Shown: positions 19,314 through 29,439 of the stretch, piece after piece
How the letters are laid out: each line of letters opens with the position of its first letter
Numbering within the stretch: the stretch's first letter is position 1
Source of the DNA: Candidatus Omnitrophota bacterium
Lineage (GTDB): Bacteria; Omnitrophota; Gorgyraeia; Zapsychrales; Zapsychraceae
Reading direction: 5' to 3'
NCBI GenBank assembly: GCA_021108075.1
Contig: JAIORP010000100.1
Coordinates: 7,783 to 71,782 of the forward strand
DNA: 64,000 nucleotides
Program-made: the position numbers and the translations under genes
The notes under the pieces: generated by a model
The model's input: only the letters and a program-made list of their open reading frames with translations
Told to the model about the DNA's origin: nothing
The model's database searches: none

Positions 19314-20375
19314 ATGATTAAAGTTGTGACAGCGGATGATTCCCCCCTTTTGAGAAACGTTTTAAAAGATGTTCTTGAACAGAGCGGGAAGATAAAAGTT
19401 GTTGGTGAGGCAAGGAACGGGAAGGAATCTATTGAGTTGGTCAAGTTATTGAATCCGGATGTCTTGATTCTGGACTGCGAGATGCCCGTTATGAACGGTC
19501 TTGAGGCCTTACGCATCATTATGAAAGAGTGTCCGCTGCCCGTTTTTATGTTTAGCTCCTTAACATTTGAAGGTGCTAGCGTCACGTTAAAAGCGTTAGA
19601 ACATGGCGCTGTCGATTTTTTGCCAAAACCAACAAAAGGAATTTTAGGGCTGGAAGACATCCAGGTGGATTTGGTTAATAAAATCGAACAAGTTGTCAGG
19701 CGGACAAGGTTTAAATATAAGGGGCTCGCGACAACAATCCACAGACCTAGAACGATTTTTTCAAAAAAAATCACGTCATTGACCCATTTGAGCAGAATAA
19801 AGATTGACTTGATTGCCGTTGGATCGTCAACAGGCGGGGTTCAAACTTCACTTGAGATTATCAAAAGTTTGCCCGCGCAAACAAAACCGATTGTTTGGGT
19901 TCAACATATGCCGGAGAACTTCACAAAAAGTTTTGCTGAAAGATTGGACTCTGCCGCGAAGATTAAGGTTAAAGAAAGCGTGAATGGCGACTTGTTGGAG
20001 AACAACACTTGCTATATCGCCCGCGGGGGGGTTCAGACGCGCATCAAGAAAAGTTCAAGAGGTTGTGAGCTGTCCGTCGGTGGAGGTGATAAAGTAAGCG
20101 GTCATTGTCCTTCTTGCAACGCGCTATTTGATTCCATCGCGCCGTTTTTTCTGAGTAATGTGCTGGGCGTTATCTTGACCGGTATGGGTGATGATGGCGC
20201 GCGGGGATTGCTGCGTCTGCATGAGCAGGGAGCGTTTGTGATCGGTCAATGTGAAGATAGCTGTATCGTCTACGGTATGCCAAAAGCCGCTTATAAATTA
20301 GGTGCGGTTGATATTGAACTGGATGTCTCTCAGATAGCAGACGCCATCGTTAGAAAAGGGGGAGGAACGGGATGA
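19314..20375 (+). CDS. cheB: Chemotaxis protein-glutamate methylesterase CheB (REC plus methylesterase)
   Basis: N-terminal REC domain (KVVTADDSPLLR...LDCEMPVMNGLEAL). C-terminal methylesterase (IAVGSSTGG...GMGDDGARGL). GAGGGAG RBS. Confidence 0.9.
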   Translation: MIKVVTADDSPLLRNVLKDVLEQSGKIKVVGEARNGKESIELVKLLNPDVLILDCEMPVMNGLEALRIIMKECPLPVFMFSSLTFEGASVTLKALEHGAVDFLPKPTKGILGLEDIQVDLVNKIEQVVRRTRFKYKGLATTIHRPRTIFSKKITSLTHLSRIKIDLIAVGSSTGGVQTSLEIIKSLPAQTKPIVWVQHMPENFTKSFAERLDSAAKIKVKESVNGDLLENNTCYIARGGVQTRIKKSSRGCELSVGGGDKVSGHCPSCNALFDSIAPFFLSNVLGVILTGMGDDGARGLLRLHEQGAFVIGQCEDSCIVYGMPKAAYKLGAVDIELDVSQIADAIVRKGGGTG

Positions 20376-20392
20376 TAGAAAGCAACTGATTG

Positions 20393-20496
20393 ATACCAAT
20401 TCCATTAAATAATGACCAAAACCAATTCTGTTTTTCTCGACGATTTAGCGAGAAAAGCAGAATTAAGATAGAACAATTTATTAATGGATTTGGTAT
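20393..20496 (+). mobile_element. MITE-like intergenic repeat, copy C
   Basis: Same 104-bp element as copy A, same orientation. Directly abuts the decayed cheY-like reading frame. Confidence 0.8.
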
Positions 20497-20514
20497 GATT
20501 TGATGGTTAAGACG

Positions 20515-20873
20515 TTACAGATGAAGGCGCAAAAGTTATTGGGTTTCAGGGTCAACAAGAAGCATTGGATTGCGTGGGTTAGCACGATATAGACTTAGTT
20601 ATTACAGACATCTCTATGCCGAAAATTCAAGGGACGGATTTGTTTTTTTAGAATGAGGAAGCTGAATCCTTTCCTCCAGGTCATCATTATCACGGCCTGT
20701 CTGAGCTTAAACAATATAATTTTGATGTTGGATCTGGGGCAGGAGACTTTATCATTAAACTATCTGAGATGGATGATCTGGTATCTGTCGTGCAAGAAAA
20801 ACTTTCATGCATTAACCTCTGGAAATCTTTATGGAAAGAATGGTTAAAGTATAAAAAGCCACAACTTCAATTA
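20515..20873 (+). pseudogene. Decayed CheY-like response-regulator gene (in-frame stops and at least two frameshifts)
   Basis: REC secondary-structure elements are recognisable but split across three frames. One frame reads GAKVIGFQGQQEALDCVG*HDIDLVITDISMPKIQGTDLFF*, a second reads PFLQVIIITAC, a third reads FDVGSGAGDFIIKLSEMDDLVSVVQEKL. The N-terminal beta1/DD segment is missing where the MITE sits. Confidence 0.6.
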
Positions 20874-20876
20874 TAA

Positions 20877-23846
20877 ATGGAGATGAATATGTCTGAGGGA
20901 CAAAACGAATTTCTTTCTGAATTTTTAGATGAAAGTGAAGAGCATTTGGCCGTTTTGAACGATAAGATGTTGGAGGCTGAATCTTCAATCAAACAAGGCA
21001 CGGATATGTCTGATGATGACCTAAACGCGATGTTCCGTGCCGCCCATACGATAAAAGGAACGGCGTCTTTCATTGGTTTGAATAAGGTCATTAACTTGAT
21101 GCACAAAACGGAAACCTTATTGCAGCACTTGCGTAACAGAGAAATCAATTTAACCGGTGAGATTGTTGATGTGTTGTTTTCATCTTTTGACTCGTTAACA
21201 TCTTTACTGACGAGTTTAAGAGAATCCGGTGAAGAAGCGGGTGAGATTGAAAATGATGTCGCGAAAATTGAAATGATTTTAAACCAATGTCTCGGAAGGG
21301 CTCAGGACGCTGCTAAAGAAAGAAAGGTAGCTGAACCGCAAGCAGCCGAGTCCCAAGAATCTGAAGAAAAATCATCAGAGCCCCAGGCCGTGGAGGCTCC
21401 TGCTCCGACAGGTCAAGCGCAAGACGTGTTGATTGAAGAACCGGGAGCGGAGGGTGTAGCCCCAGAGCAGGAGGATGAACCCCGGGACGTGGAGCCAAAG
21501 ATAAACAATAAATATTTACAACAATTTCTTGATGAGCTTGATCAAAATATTGCAGATTTTGAACGGTGTTTGCTCTCATTGGAAGAACAGAATGATGATA
21601 AAGAGATGATCAATAACATTTTTAGGCACATGCATACGATTAAAGGTTCTTCCGGCGTTATTAATGCTCAGAAAATCACAAATGTTTCACATAAAATGGA
21701 AAATGTTTTATCTTATCTCAGAGACCGAGAGGGGAAGGTTGATCCGGGTTTGATCGCACTGCTATTTAAAGGCCTGGATGTGATTGGCAGCTTATCGGAA
21801 GCGTTGAAAACTGTCGGTCATTTATCGGGAGTGGATATTACGAAAGTTTGTCAGGAGTTGGATGATTGCCACGCAGTGCTGATTGGCGCGGAAGATCAGA
21901 ATGTTTCCATCGCATCTGGAGCTGATGGGGAAGTCATTTTTGATGAGGAGGTCACGGCGTTTTTCGAAGGGCATCAGTTATCGGAGATGGAACACGAACG
22001 GTATCAGGAGGCTTTTAAGCAGCAGAGCAATATCTACAATGTCAAAATTTCATTTGATGATAGTGTTATTTTGCGGAGTATGAAAGCGATGATTGTGGAA
22101 GAACGATTGAAAAAGAGTGGTGTGCTCATTGGGACACGACCGCTCTTGGAGGCCTTAGATGAGACTGATATGAAAGTTTATTGTGGATTTACTGTCGCGA
22201 CAAATAAAAAACACAATGAGTTAGAAACATTGTTATCTTTGGCTGGCGTGCAGATTATTTTTTCTCAAACAGTTGATATCGAAAAAGTTAAAGGTATAAT
22301 AGTGAAGGCCGAGCAAGCCTCCAGACCTCAGAACAAAGTGAATGTCGAAGAGGGGGTGTCACGTTCTGTTGAGTCAAGGAAAGGAGCATCGATGAAAAAT
22401 CCAGTAGAAGAAAAATTAATGGCAGCTTCTAAGTCTGTGCCATCGGATATCTCCACCATCAGAATAGATTCCCGTAAATTGGACAATTTGATGAATCTAT
22501 CCGGAGAGCTTGTCATTATCCGCGCACAATTTGCCCGCCTTGTGAATTTATTTAATAATGATGTCGCCAATCAAAAAGAAACTGTGCGGATTATGGAAAA
22601 CATCGAACTGTATTTTGACACGATTAAGAAAGAAATAAATGATATCAATGGATCGGCAAAAGAAAATGAAGTTGATGATAAAGGTGTTTCAAGAATCCAC
22701 AAGGTCATTACTGAAATGATGACAATCTTCGGTGACCTCAATAAAATGGTCCTTAATAATGACATCATTGAAAATATACACGCTCTTGATGAAACGACAA
22801 GCATGTTAGAAAAGATTTCTTCTAATATTCAATCAGGGGTTATGCAGACACGGATGATTCCTATCGAAGGCGTATTCACCCGGTTTAAACGGATTGTTCG
22901 CGATATCTCTAAGGAAATCAATAAAGAGGTCGATCTAAAGATTGAAGGTCAAGAGACTGAATTGGATAAGAAGATCGTTGACGGGCTGGGTGACCCGCTT
23001 ACGCATATGATCCGTAATTCTGTTGATCATGGAATAGAGGATAATCAGACCCGGCAAGATTTAGGAAAAACACGGGTAGGTTCGGTCTACCTGAAAGCCT
23101 CGCATAAAGGCAATAATATTTGTATTGAAGTCGGGGACGATGGCAAAGGCATCGATTGCGAGAAGCTGGTCGAGAAAGCATTGGATAAAGGTTTAATAAC
23201 CGCCGAACAAGTTGACCGCATGAGCGAAAAAGATAAATTGAACCTGGTTTTCATGCCCGGGTTTAGCACCGCCGAGCAGGTTACGGGTTTGTCCGGTCGC
23301 GGCGTTGGCATGGACGTTGTCAAGAATATGATCAACTCTGTGAATGGTGTTGTTGATATTGAAACCAAATTAGGCGAGGGAACAAATTTTATGTTAAAGA
23401 TCCCGTTGACCCTGGCCATCATTCAAGCCTTATTAGTCACAATCGGAAGTGAGATTTATGCGTTCCCATTGGAAACTGTAACTGAGATCATCAAAGTCTC
23501 CAAAGAAGACATTTATTCTGTCGACAGGAATGATACTGTTAAGATACGAGACCATGCTTTGAGTTTGATCGAGCTGGAAAAAGTCATAAAGATCAAGCGT
23601 AAAGAGGAGAAGTCTCAAGATGAAGAAAAGAAGAAAAAACGAAGTCGGAAAGTTGTTATTATAACGGATGGAGAATCTCGTCTCGGTGTTGTTGTTGATG
23701 AATTAGTCGGAAAAGAGGAAATCGTTATCAAATCTTTTACAGAGCACTTTTCACGAGTCAAGGGTTTAACCGGGGCCTCGATTTTAGCGGATGGGACAGT
23801 GGCCTTAATATTAGATTCAGCAACCATAATAAGGGAATCAAGATAA
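20877..23846 (+). CDS. cheA: Chemotaxis histidine kinase CheA (two HPt domains)
   Basis: HPt motifs AAHTIKGTASFIGL and HMHTIKGSSGVINA. HATPase motifs (ICIEVGDDGKGID; GRGVGMDVVKNMI). C-terminal CheW-like domain. Confidence 0.95.
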   Translation: MEMNMSEGQNEFLSEFLDESEEHLAVLNDKMLEAESSIKQGTDMSDDDLNAMFRAAHTIKGTASFIGLNKVINLMHKTETLLQHLRNREINLTGEIVDVLFSSFDSLTSLLTSLRESGEEAGEIENDVAKIEMILNQCLGRAQDAAKERKVAEPQAAESQESEEKSSEPQAVEAPAPTGQAQDVLIEEPGAEGVAPEQEDEPRDVEPKINNKYLQQFLDELDQNIADFERCLLSLEEQNDDKEMINNIFRHMHTIKGSSGVINAQKITNVSHKMENVLSYLRDREGKVDPGLIALLFKGLDVIGSLSEALKTVGHLSGVDITKVCQELDDCHAVLIGAEDQNVSIASGADGEVIFDEEVTAFFEGHQLSEMEHERYQEAFKQQSNIYNVKISFDDSVILRSMKAMIVEERLKKSGVLIGTRPLLEALDETDMKVYCGFTVATNKKHNELETLLSLAGVQIIFSQTVDIEKVKGIIVKAEQASRPQNKVNVEEGVSRSVESRKGASMKNPVEEKLMAASKSVPSDISTIRIDSRKLDNLMNLSGELVIIRAQFARLVNLFNNDVANQKETVRIMENIELYFDTIKKEINDINGSAKENEVDDKGVSRIHKVITEMMTIFGDLNKMVLNNDIIENIHALDETTSMLEKISSNIQSGVMQTRMIPIEGVFTRFKRIVRDISKEINKEVDLKIEGQETELDKKIVDGLGDPLTHMIRNSVDHGIEDNQTRQDLGKTRVGSVYLKASHKGNNICIEVGDDGKGIDCEKLVEKALDKGLITAEQVDRMSEKDKLNLVFMPGFSTAEQVTGLSGRGVGMDVVKNMINSVNGVVDIETKLGEGTNFMLKIPLTLAIIQALLVTIGSEIYAFPLETVTEIIKVSKEDIYSVDRNDTVKIRDHALSLIELEKVIKIKRKEEKSQDEEKKKKRSRKVVIITDGESRLGVVVDELVGKEEIVIKSFTEHFSRVKGLTGASILADGTVALILDSATIIRESR

Positions 23847-24340
23847 TGGATCAAACAACGGTGAAAAAGGAAATTATCGTCGGTATGGCTGACCTTAAAG
23901 TTAGTAAAGCACCTGATATTATTACGACCAGTTTAGGTTCCTGTATTGGCGTTTGCTTATATTCTCCGACTCAAAAGGTTGGAGGAATTTTGCATTTGAT
24001 GATGGCTTATGCTGGTCCGGCAGCGCAGAGAGAAGGATTTAAAAAAGCGAAGTTTGCGGATACGGGTATCCCTGAGTTAATCCATCAGTTGCAAGCCATC
24101 AATTCTTCCGGGCCGAAAGACTATGTTGCCAAAATTTTTGGCGGAGGAAAAATCTTACATGGCATCGTCCGAAATATCGGGGCTGATAATGAATCGGCAG
24201 TGCGCTCGATATTGAAAGATTTAGGGATTCGTATTGTAGCTGCCAGAACAGGCGGGGGAAAAGGTTATCGGATCAGTTTAAATCTTGACACGGGAAAAGT
24301 TTCATGTCGAATTTTTGGAGCTGAAAGTGAGGAGTTTTAA
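23846..24340 (+). CDS. cheD: Chemoreceptor glutamine deamidase CheD
   Basis: TTSLGSCIGVCLY motif and ~160 aa size typical of CheD. AAGGGA RBS. Confidence 0.8.
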   Translation: MDQTTVKKEIIVGMADLKVSKAPDIITTSLGSCIGVCLYSPTQKVGGILHLMMAYAGPAAQREGFKKAKFADTGIPELIHQLQAINSSGPKDYVAKIFGGGKILHGIVRNIGADNESAVRSILKDLGIRIVAARTGGGKGYRISLNLDTGKVSCRIFGAESEEF

Positions 24341-24342
24341 TT

Positions 24343-24948
24343 ATGACAGATAGATTAAAGGTCGATAAAGCTTTAAAATTGATAGCCAAGCTTAGTATAG
24401 ATAAGTCATCTCAGGTTTTGTCTAAAATGATTAAATCCGGAGCTCGAATAGATTTGGAGAATGTTTGTGTCGTGGATATCACAGAAGCGACAGAGAAAGT
24501 CATCGGTCAATCGGATCAGGAAGTCGTCGGCGCCTTTATCGATTTAGTCGGCGATGCTCCGTTTAAGTTTTTATTTTACGTGAATGTTGCCGATAGCCTC
24601 GTGTTAACCGATTTGATATTAAAGAGAGAGATCGGCATGACCAAAATTTTCGATGTTTACGCGCAGAGCGCGGTTCAGGAGATGGGAAATATTTTGTCGA
24701 GTGCCATTTCGAATGTTTTTTCATCAGATTTTCAGATATCCATGGCACCCACACCGCCAACAGTTATCAATGATTACGCGAGTACAGTTTTTACAGAGTA
24801 TATTATGTCTGTTGCTGTAGATAAGAATGAAATTCTAATCATTGAGAGTGTTTTTAATATTGTTGCGACTAATATTGGATGCCGGATGTTTATTTTACCT
24901 GTTGGGGAAAGTGAGAAAATTCTTTCTTATGTGGCTAGTACAATGTAA
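24343..24948 (+). CDS. CheC/CheX-family CheY-P phosphatase
   Basis: 201 aa in a CheD-adjacent position. Internal duplicated segments with D/E-x3-N-like motifs typical of the CheC/CheX/FliY family. GAGGAG RBS. Confidence 0.55.
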   Translation: MTDRLKVDKALKLIAKLSIDKSSQVLSKMIKSGARIDLENVCVVDITEATEKVIGQSDQEVVGAFIDLVGDAPFKFLFYVNVADSLVLTDLILKREIGMTKIFDVYAQSAVQEMGNILSSAISNVFSSDFQISMAPTPPTVINDYASTVFTEYIMSVAVDKNEILIIESVFNIVATNIGCRMFILPVGESEKILSYVASTM

Positions 24949-24984
24949 TTGCAATCAAACTATCTAATCGGAAGAGGTGATTTT

Positions 24985-25353
24985 ATGGCTAAGAGAATAA
25001 TTGTTACAGATGATGCTCCTATCATTCGGCTTATGTTAAGAGATATATTGACCTACAATGGTTATGAAGTCATAAAAGAATGCAATAATGGGCAAGAAGC
25101 TGTGGAAGCATTTACAGAACTTAAGCCGGACTTGATGACCTTGGATATTGTTATGCCGGAGAAAGATGGGATTCAAGCATTAGAGGAAATTTTGACGGAT
25201 GATGACAGCGCTAAAATTGTTATGGTTACGGCCGTCGACCAGAGAGAAGCGCTGATGAAGGCCATCCGTATCGGCGCAACAGATTATATTGTTAAGCCTT
25301 TTGAAAACGATCGTGTTTTATCCGCAGTTCGGAAAGCCTTATGCGAGGATTAA
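24985..25353 (+). CDS. cheY: Chemotaxis response regulator CheY (single REC domain)
   Basis: KRIIVTDDAPIIR...LDIVMPEKDGIQAL...KIVMVTA...GATDYIVKPF. GAGGTG RBS 6 nt before ATG 24985. Confidence 0.85.
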   Translation: MAKRIIVTDDAPIIRLMLRDILTYNGYEVIKECNNGQEAVEAFTELKPDLMTLDIVMPEKDGIQALEEILTDDDSAKIVMVTAVDQREALMKAIRIGATDYIVKPFENDRVLSAVRKALCED

Positions 25354-25356
25354 ATT

Positions 25357-26550
25357 TTGAATTTTGCGAAGTCTAAAGTCCTCATTGTTGACGACACCTA
25401 CGTTAACAGATCTATTTTGCGAGAACTGTTAACAATTTCACATCCTGAATACGACATTGTTTGCGCGGTCGGTGGCCGTGAAGCCTTACAAATGGTTCAG
25501 GATATCCCCCCTGATATTATTCTCCTTGATGTTATGATGCCGGACCTTGACGGTTTTGAAGTTTGTAAAATTTTAAAATCAGACGATCGATACAAAAATA
25601 TCCCCATTATCATTATTACGGCTCTTGATAATATTGATCAAAAAATAAATGGGTTTAAACTCGGCGCTGATGATTATATCCCAAAGCCTATTAATGAGGA
25701 TGAAATTAAGGCTCGCGTTGAAGCTCACCTGAGAATTAAGAAATATCAAGATGACTTAAAGGATGCGAATAGAAAATTAAAACGGGCGCATAATGCATTA
25801 TTAGAGAATGCGAAGATGTCGGCTGTCGGCTCTTTCGCGGCAGGGATTTCACATGAATTCAATAATATTTTGACTATGATGGGTGGATACACACAATTAT
25901 CTTTGAAATCGAGGGATGTTGATGAATTGTTGGAGAACAACAAAGTTGTCGATGAACTGGTTGTTCGCGGTAAGGAAATCATTGAGGGTTTGTTAAGTTT
26001 CGCATGGGAGGATGAATATCACAAAAAGTGCAAAGCGAACATTATTGATTTGGTCGAACGGGATTTATTGTTATTGAAGAAATTTATAAACGACGGCAAT
26101 ATCAAGATTGTTAAGGAATATGAAGAAATACCGGATGTTTTCTGCTGGGCGAGTCAGATGTCACAAGTCTTTATTAACATTATCAAGAATTCCATTGATT
26201 CGATGTCCTCAGCGCCAGAAAAAATATTAACCATAAGAATTTATCCGGCAGATGTCGAGTTTTACATGCAAGGGAAGGATAAAAATTTTATCGTTAAGAA
26301 GAAATGTGTCGGCATTGATTTGTCAGACACAGGTTGCGGTATCCCGGAGAAAGTCAAGAAGAAAATTTTTGAACCTTTCGTTACAACCAAAGGTGTGTTC
26401 GGCGGGGGCGATAATACAACTCCTGGAACCGGCTTAGGGCTATCCATCGTCTATGGGATCGTTAAACGGCACAAGGGTATCATTGTTTTCAATAGTAAAG
26501 AAGGCGAAGGGACGATGTTTAAAATTAAAATACCTGTAAAGTTAAACTGA
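25357..26550 (+). CDS. Hybrid response regulator-histidine kinase (REC-HisKA-HATPase)
   Basis: N-terminal REC domain (KVLIVDDTYVNR...LDVMMPDLDGFEV). HisKA H-box AGISHEFNNILTMMGGY. HATPase G-boxes (DTGCGIPE; GTGLGLSIVYGIV). TTG start with GAGGAT RBS. Confidence 0.8.
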   Translation: MNFAKSKVLIVDDTYVNRSILRELLTISHPEYDIVCAVGGREALQMVQDIPPDIILLDVMMPDLDGFEVCKILKSDDRYKNIPIIIITALDNIDQKINGFKLGADDYIPKPINEDEIKARVEAHLRIKKYQDDLKDANRKLKRAHNALLENAKMSAVGSFAAGISHEFNNILTMMGGYTQLSLKSRDVDELLENNKVVDELVVRGKEIIEGLLSFAWEDEYHKKCKANIIDLVERDLLLLKKFINDGNIKIVKEYEEIPDVFCWASQMSQVFINIIKNSIDSMSSAPEKILTIRIYPADVEFYMQGKDKNFIVKKKCVGIDLSDTGCGIPEKVKKKIFEPFVTTKGVFGGGDNTTPGTGLGLSIVYGIVKRHKGIIVFNSKEGEGTMFKIKIPVKLN

Positions 26551-26619
26551 TCTCCATTCCGCCTCACGAGTTTTCCGCTTTCCAGTTATAAATAATGGCC
26601 AACATAATGAGATAAAATA

Positions 26620-27468
26620 ATGAACGCGATACTGCTAATTTCATGCCCTGACCGGAAGGGAATTGTTTACACTGTTACAGATTTTATTTTTAAGAATAAC
26701 GGCAACATCCTCGATGCGGATCAGCATATTGATGATCAAAGCAATATTTTCTTTATGCGTCTCGAGTGGTCCTTGGTTGACTTTGGTTTAGGGAAAGATG
26801 ATATTATTCCGGCTTTTTCTGCCATCGCCGAACGATTCTGCATGCAATGGAGTATTGTCTTTTCTGACCAAACACCAAATCTCGCGATATACGTGTCACG
26901 GCACTTGCATTGTCTGCAAGATTTGTTGGCGCGGTATCAATCCGGCCAATTGCGTTGTCATATCCCATTGATCATTAGTAACCATAAAGAGGCTGAGAGA
27001 ATAGCACGTTTAAGTGACATGGATTACTTTTATGTCCCGATTACGCCTGATAATAAAATCGAACAAGAGCAGCGTCAAACAGATATTCTTGCAAAGTATA
27101 GAATTGATGTTATTGTATTAGCTAGATATCATCAGATTTTTACGGGTGAATTTGTTGCCCGGCATGAAAATAAGATGATCAATATCCATCATTCTTTTCT
27201 TCCTGCTTTTGTTGGGAAAAAACCGTATAATCAAGCATATGAAAAAGGGGTTAAACTTATTGGTGCGACCAGTCATTATGTGACAGGACAGTTGGATCAG
27301 GGCCCTATTATTGAACAGGATACTGTTCGGATAAGCCATCGTGATGCGTTAACAGATCTGGTCAGAAAAGGGGAAGATTTAGAAAAAGTTGTTTTAGGCC
27401 GGGCTGTCCGGTTTCACCTGGAAAGAAAGGTTTTGGTTTATAACAATAAGACAGTTGTATTTGATTAG
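26620..27468 (+). CDS. purU: Formyltetrahydrofolate deformylase
   Basis: N-terminal ACT domain (ILLISCPDRKGIVYTVTDFI) plus formyltransferase core (HHSFLPAFVGKKPYNQA...GVKLIGATSHYV). Confidence 0.85.
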   Translation: MNAILLISCPDRKGIVYTVTDFIFKNNGNILDADQHIDDQSNIFFMRLEWSLVDFGLGKDDIIPAFSAIAERFCMQWSIVFSDQTPNLAIYVSRHLHCLQDLLARYQSGQLRCHIPLIISNHKEAERIARLSDMDYFYVPITPDNKIEQEQRQTDILAKYRIDVIVLARYHQIFTGEFVARHENKMINIHHSFLPAFVGKKPYNQAYEKGVKLIGATSHYVTGQLDQGPIIEQDTVRISHRDALTDLVRKGEDLEKVVLGRAVRFHLERKVLVYNNKTVVFD

Positions 27469-27485
27469 ACTGAACGGCAACTGGG

Positions 27486-28883
27486 ATGAGTGAGTTATGT
27501 ATGAAGCTTAAATTTATTATTCTTTTAAGTTTATCCGTAGTTTTTAGCTTGCTGAGTTTCTGCATTGGATTGACTCCGAAACAATCCGTCATCATTGGCA
27601 TTTTTTCGATGTCCATCCTTGGCACGTTATTCTTCTGGGATTTTCGTTTGAGTTTTGTTTTTATCGGCAGCGGGGTCTTTTTTCTTTTGAATGTCGTCCA
27701 CTTGGATGAATTTATCGAATACGCGTCCATTGATGTTATTATTTTCCTCGTGTCGATGATGATCATTGTCGGCATGATGAAGGAGGCGGGTCTTTTTACG
27801 TGGTTGATCACGTTAGTGCTAAGGGTCAAGAACCTGACCGGGCGGAAGATGGTCGTTCTTATCATGGTCAGTTCGGCTGTTTTTTCAGGATTAATGGATG
27901 AAGTGACTTCGATCATTATTGTGACGACGGTCATCCTGAATATTTGTGACTTTCTGGAAGTTGATCCTAAGCCGCTTGTTATTGCTTCTGTCTTAGCAAC
28001 TAATATCGGTTCAGCCGCGACCGTTCTGGGTAATCCTGTTGGCGTATTGATTGCCGCTCGTAGTCAGTTGTCTTTTGAGGATTTTATCATTCATGCCGCT
28101 CCGTTATCAGCCGTGGTGCTAGTTGTTACGATCTGTATTGTATTGTATTATTACCGGAAGTACATTGACGTCTTATCAGAAAAAATTATTCCTTTTCAAG
28201 ATGATAAATCTTTTTTATACCTCATCTCCATTCCTCCGGATAAGCGGACGAAAGTTAGTATTTACATATTTTTCGTAACAATCGCTCTGATCGCTATACA
28301 TAAACGGTTAGAGATGTTGTTGGGGCTGGAGCACAATACTTTGTTGATTATGCTTCCGGTTATTTCAGCCGGATTTGTCATGATCTACCGGCATGATAAA
28401 GCGCGGCATTATGTCGAACATGAGGTGGAATGGCCGTCATTGCTGTTTTTTATGTTTCTTTTTGCTCAGGCCGGGGTCATTCAATCTTCAGGGATCGCGG
28501 ATTTCTTCTCGCGCAAGATCCTGACTTTAGCTGGAGGTTCTGTCGAAGTCCTTGCCGGTATTATACTTTTTTCAAGCGGGATATTATCGAGTGGTTTGGA
28601 TAACGTTGTTACGGTTGCTTCAATGGTTCCCGTTGTTCAGAGCTTAGACGCCGTGCACATCAACTTAAAACCACTGTGGTGGGCTTTGTTATTCGGTGCT
28701 TGTTATGGTGGCAATATTAGTATGATCGGCTCAACAGCGAATATTGTTGCCCTTGGTTTGTTAGAGAAAGAACGTGATATACGCATAGTTTTCCTGGATT
28801 GGTTGCGAATTGGCTTTCTCATCGGTATTGTTGGCATGTCCATTGCCTATTTGGCGATATTATTTATACCCATTTATTTGTAA
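27486..28883 (+). CDS. ArsB/NhaD-superfamily anion permease (YbiR-like)
   Basis: 465 aa with ~12 TM helices. Internal two-fold repeat typical of ArsB/NhaD/CitMHS ion transporters. Confidence 0.5.
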   Translation: MSELCMKLKFIILLSLSVVFSLLSFCIGLTPKQSVIIGIFSMSILGTLFFWDFRLSFVFIGSGVFFLLNVVHLDEFIEYASIDVIIFLVSMMIIVGMMKEAGLFTWLITLVLRVKNLTGRKMVVLIMVSSAVFSGLMDEVTSIIIVTTVILNICDFLEVDPKPLVIASVLATNIGSAATVLGNPVGVLIAARSQLSFEDFIIHAAPLSAVVLVVTICIVLYYYRKYIDVLSEKIIPFQDDKSFLYLISIPPDKRTKVSIYIFFVTIALIAIHKRLEMLLGLEHNTLLIMLPVISAGFVMIYRHDKARHYVEHEVEWPSLLFFMFLFAQAGVIQSSGIADFFSRKILTLAGGSVEVLAGIILFSSGILSSGLDNVVTVASMVPVVQSLDAVHINLKPLWWALLFGACYGGNISMIGSTANIVALGLLEKERDIRIVFLDWLRIGFLIGIVGMSIAYLAILFIPIYL

Positions 28884-28910
28884 TTTTTAAACTCATTTAT
28901 TTTATATCTC

Positions 28911-29435
28911 ATGATTGTATTTGAAGTTGTTCAAGGTGATATCACAAAGCTTAAGGTTGACGCCCTTGTTAATGCGGCAAACACTTCCCTGCTTGGTGGA
29001 GGAGGAGTGGATGGCGCCATCCACAGAGCCGCGGGATCAGAGCTTTTAGATGCCTGTCGAACATTAGGCGGTTGTTCGGTCGGCGACGCGAAGATCACAA
29101 ACGGTTTTCAACTGTCAGCCCGGCATGTGATACACACTGTCGGTCCCATTTGGAGGGGTGGCCAGCATAATGAAGAGGGCTTGTTAGCGAATTGTTATCG
29201 TCGTGCGATTGAGGTCGCAACACAAAACAAGTTGAAGACGATAGCGTTCCCCTGCGTCAGTACCGGAGTTTATCGGTTCCCGAAAGCTTTAGCCGCACAG
29301 ATTGCCGTTGACACCGTTTATGATATCGTTCAGCATCAAAATATGTTTATTGCAAAAGTTATCTTTGTGTGTTTTGATTTGGAAAATTTTATGATATATC
29401 AGAAATTATTATCTTCTCACAGGGAAAAGAGTTAA
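28911..29435 (+). CDS. Macro-domain protein (O-acetyl-ADP-ribose deacetylase, YmdB-like)
   Basis: DITKLKVDALVNAANTSLLGGGGVDGAIHRAAG and HVIHTVGPIW motifs. Confidence 0.85.
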   Translation: MIVFEVVQGDITKLKVDALVNAANTSLLGGGGVDGAIHRAAGSELLDACRTLGGCSVGDAKITNGFQLSARHVIHTVGPIWRGGQHNEEGLLANCYRRAIEVATQNKLKTIAFPCVSTGVYRFPKALAAQIAVDTVYDIVQHQNMFIAKVIFVCFDLENFMIYQKLLSSHREKS

Positions 29436-29439
29436 GGAT

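Noticed and set aside
20653-20847. 64-aa ORF as an independent small gene
   Set aside because: It reads through the beta4 fragment (VIIITA) of the decayed cheY-like gene. It is part of the pseudogene, not a gene.
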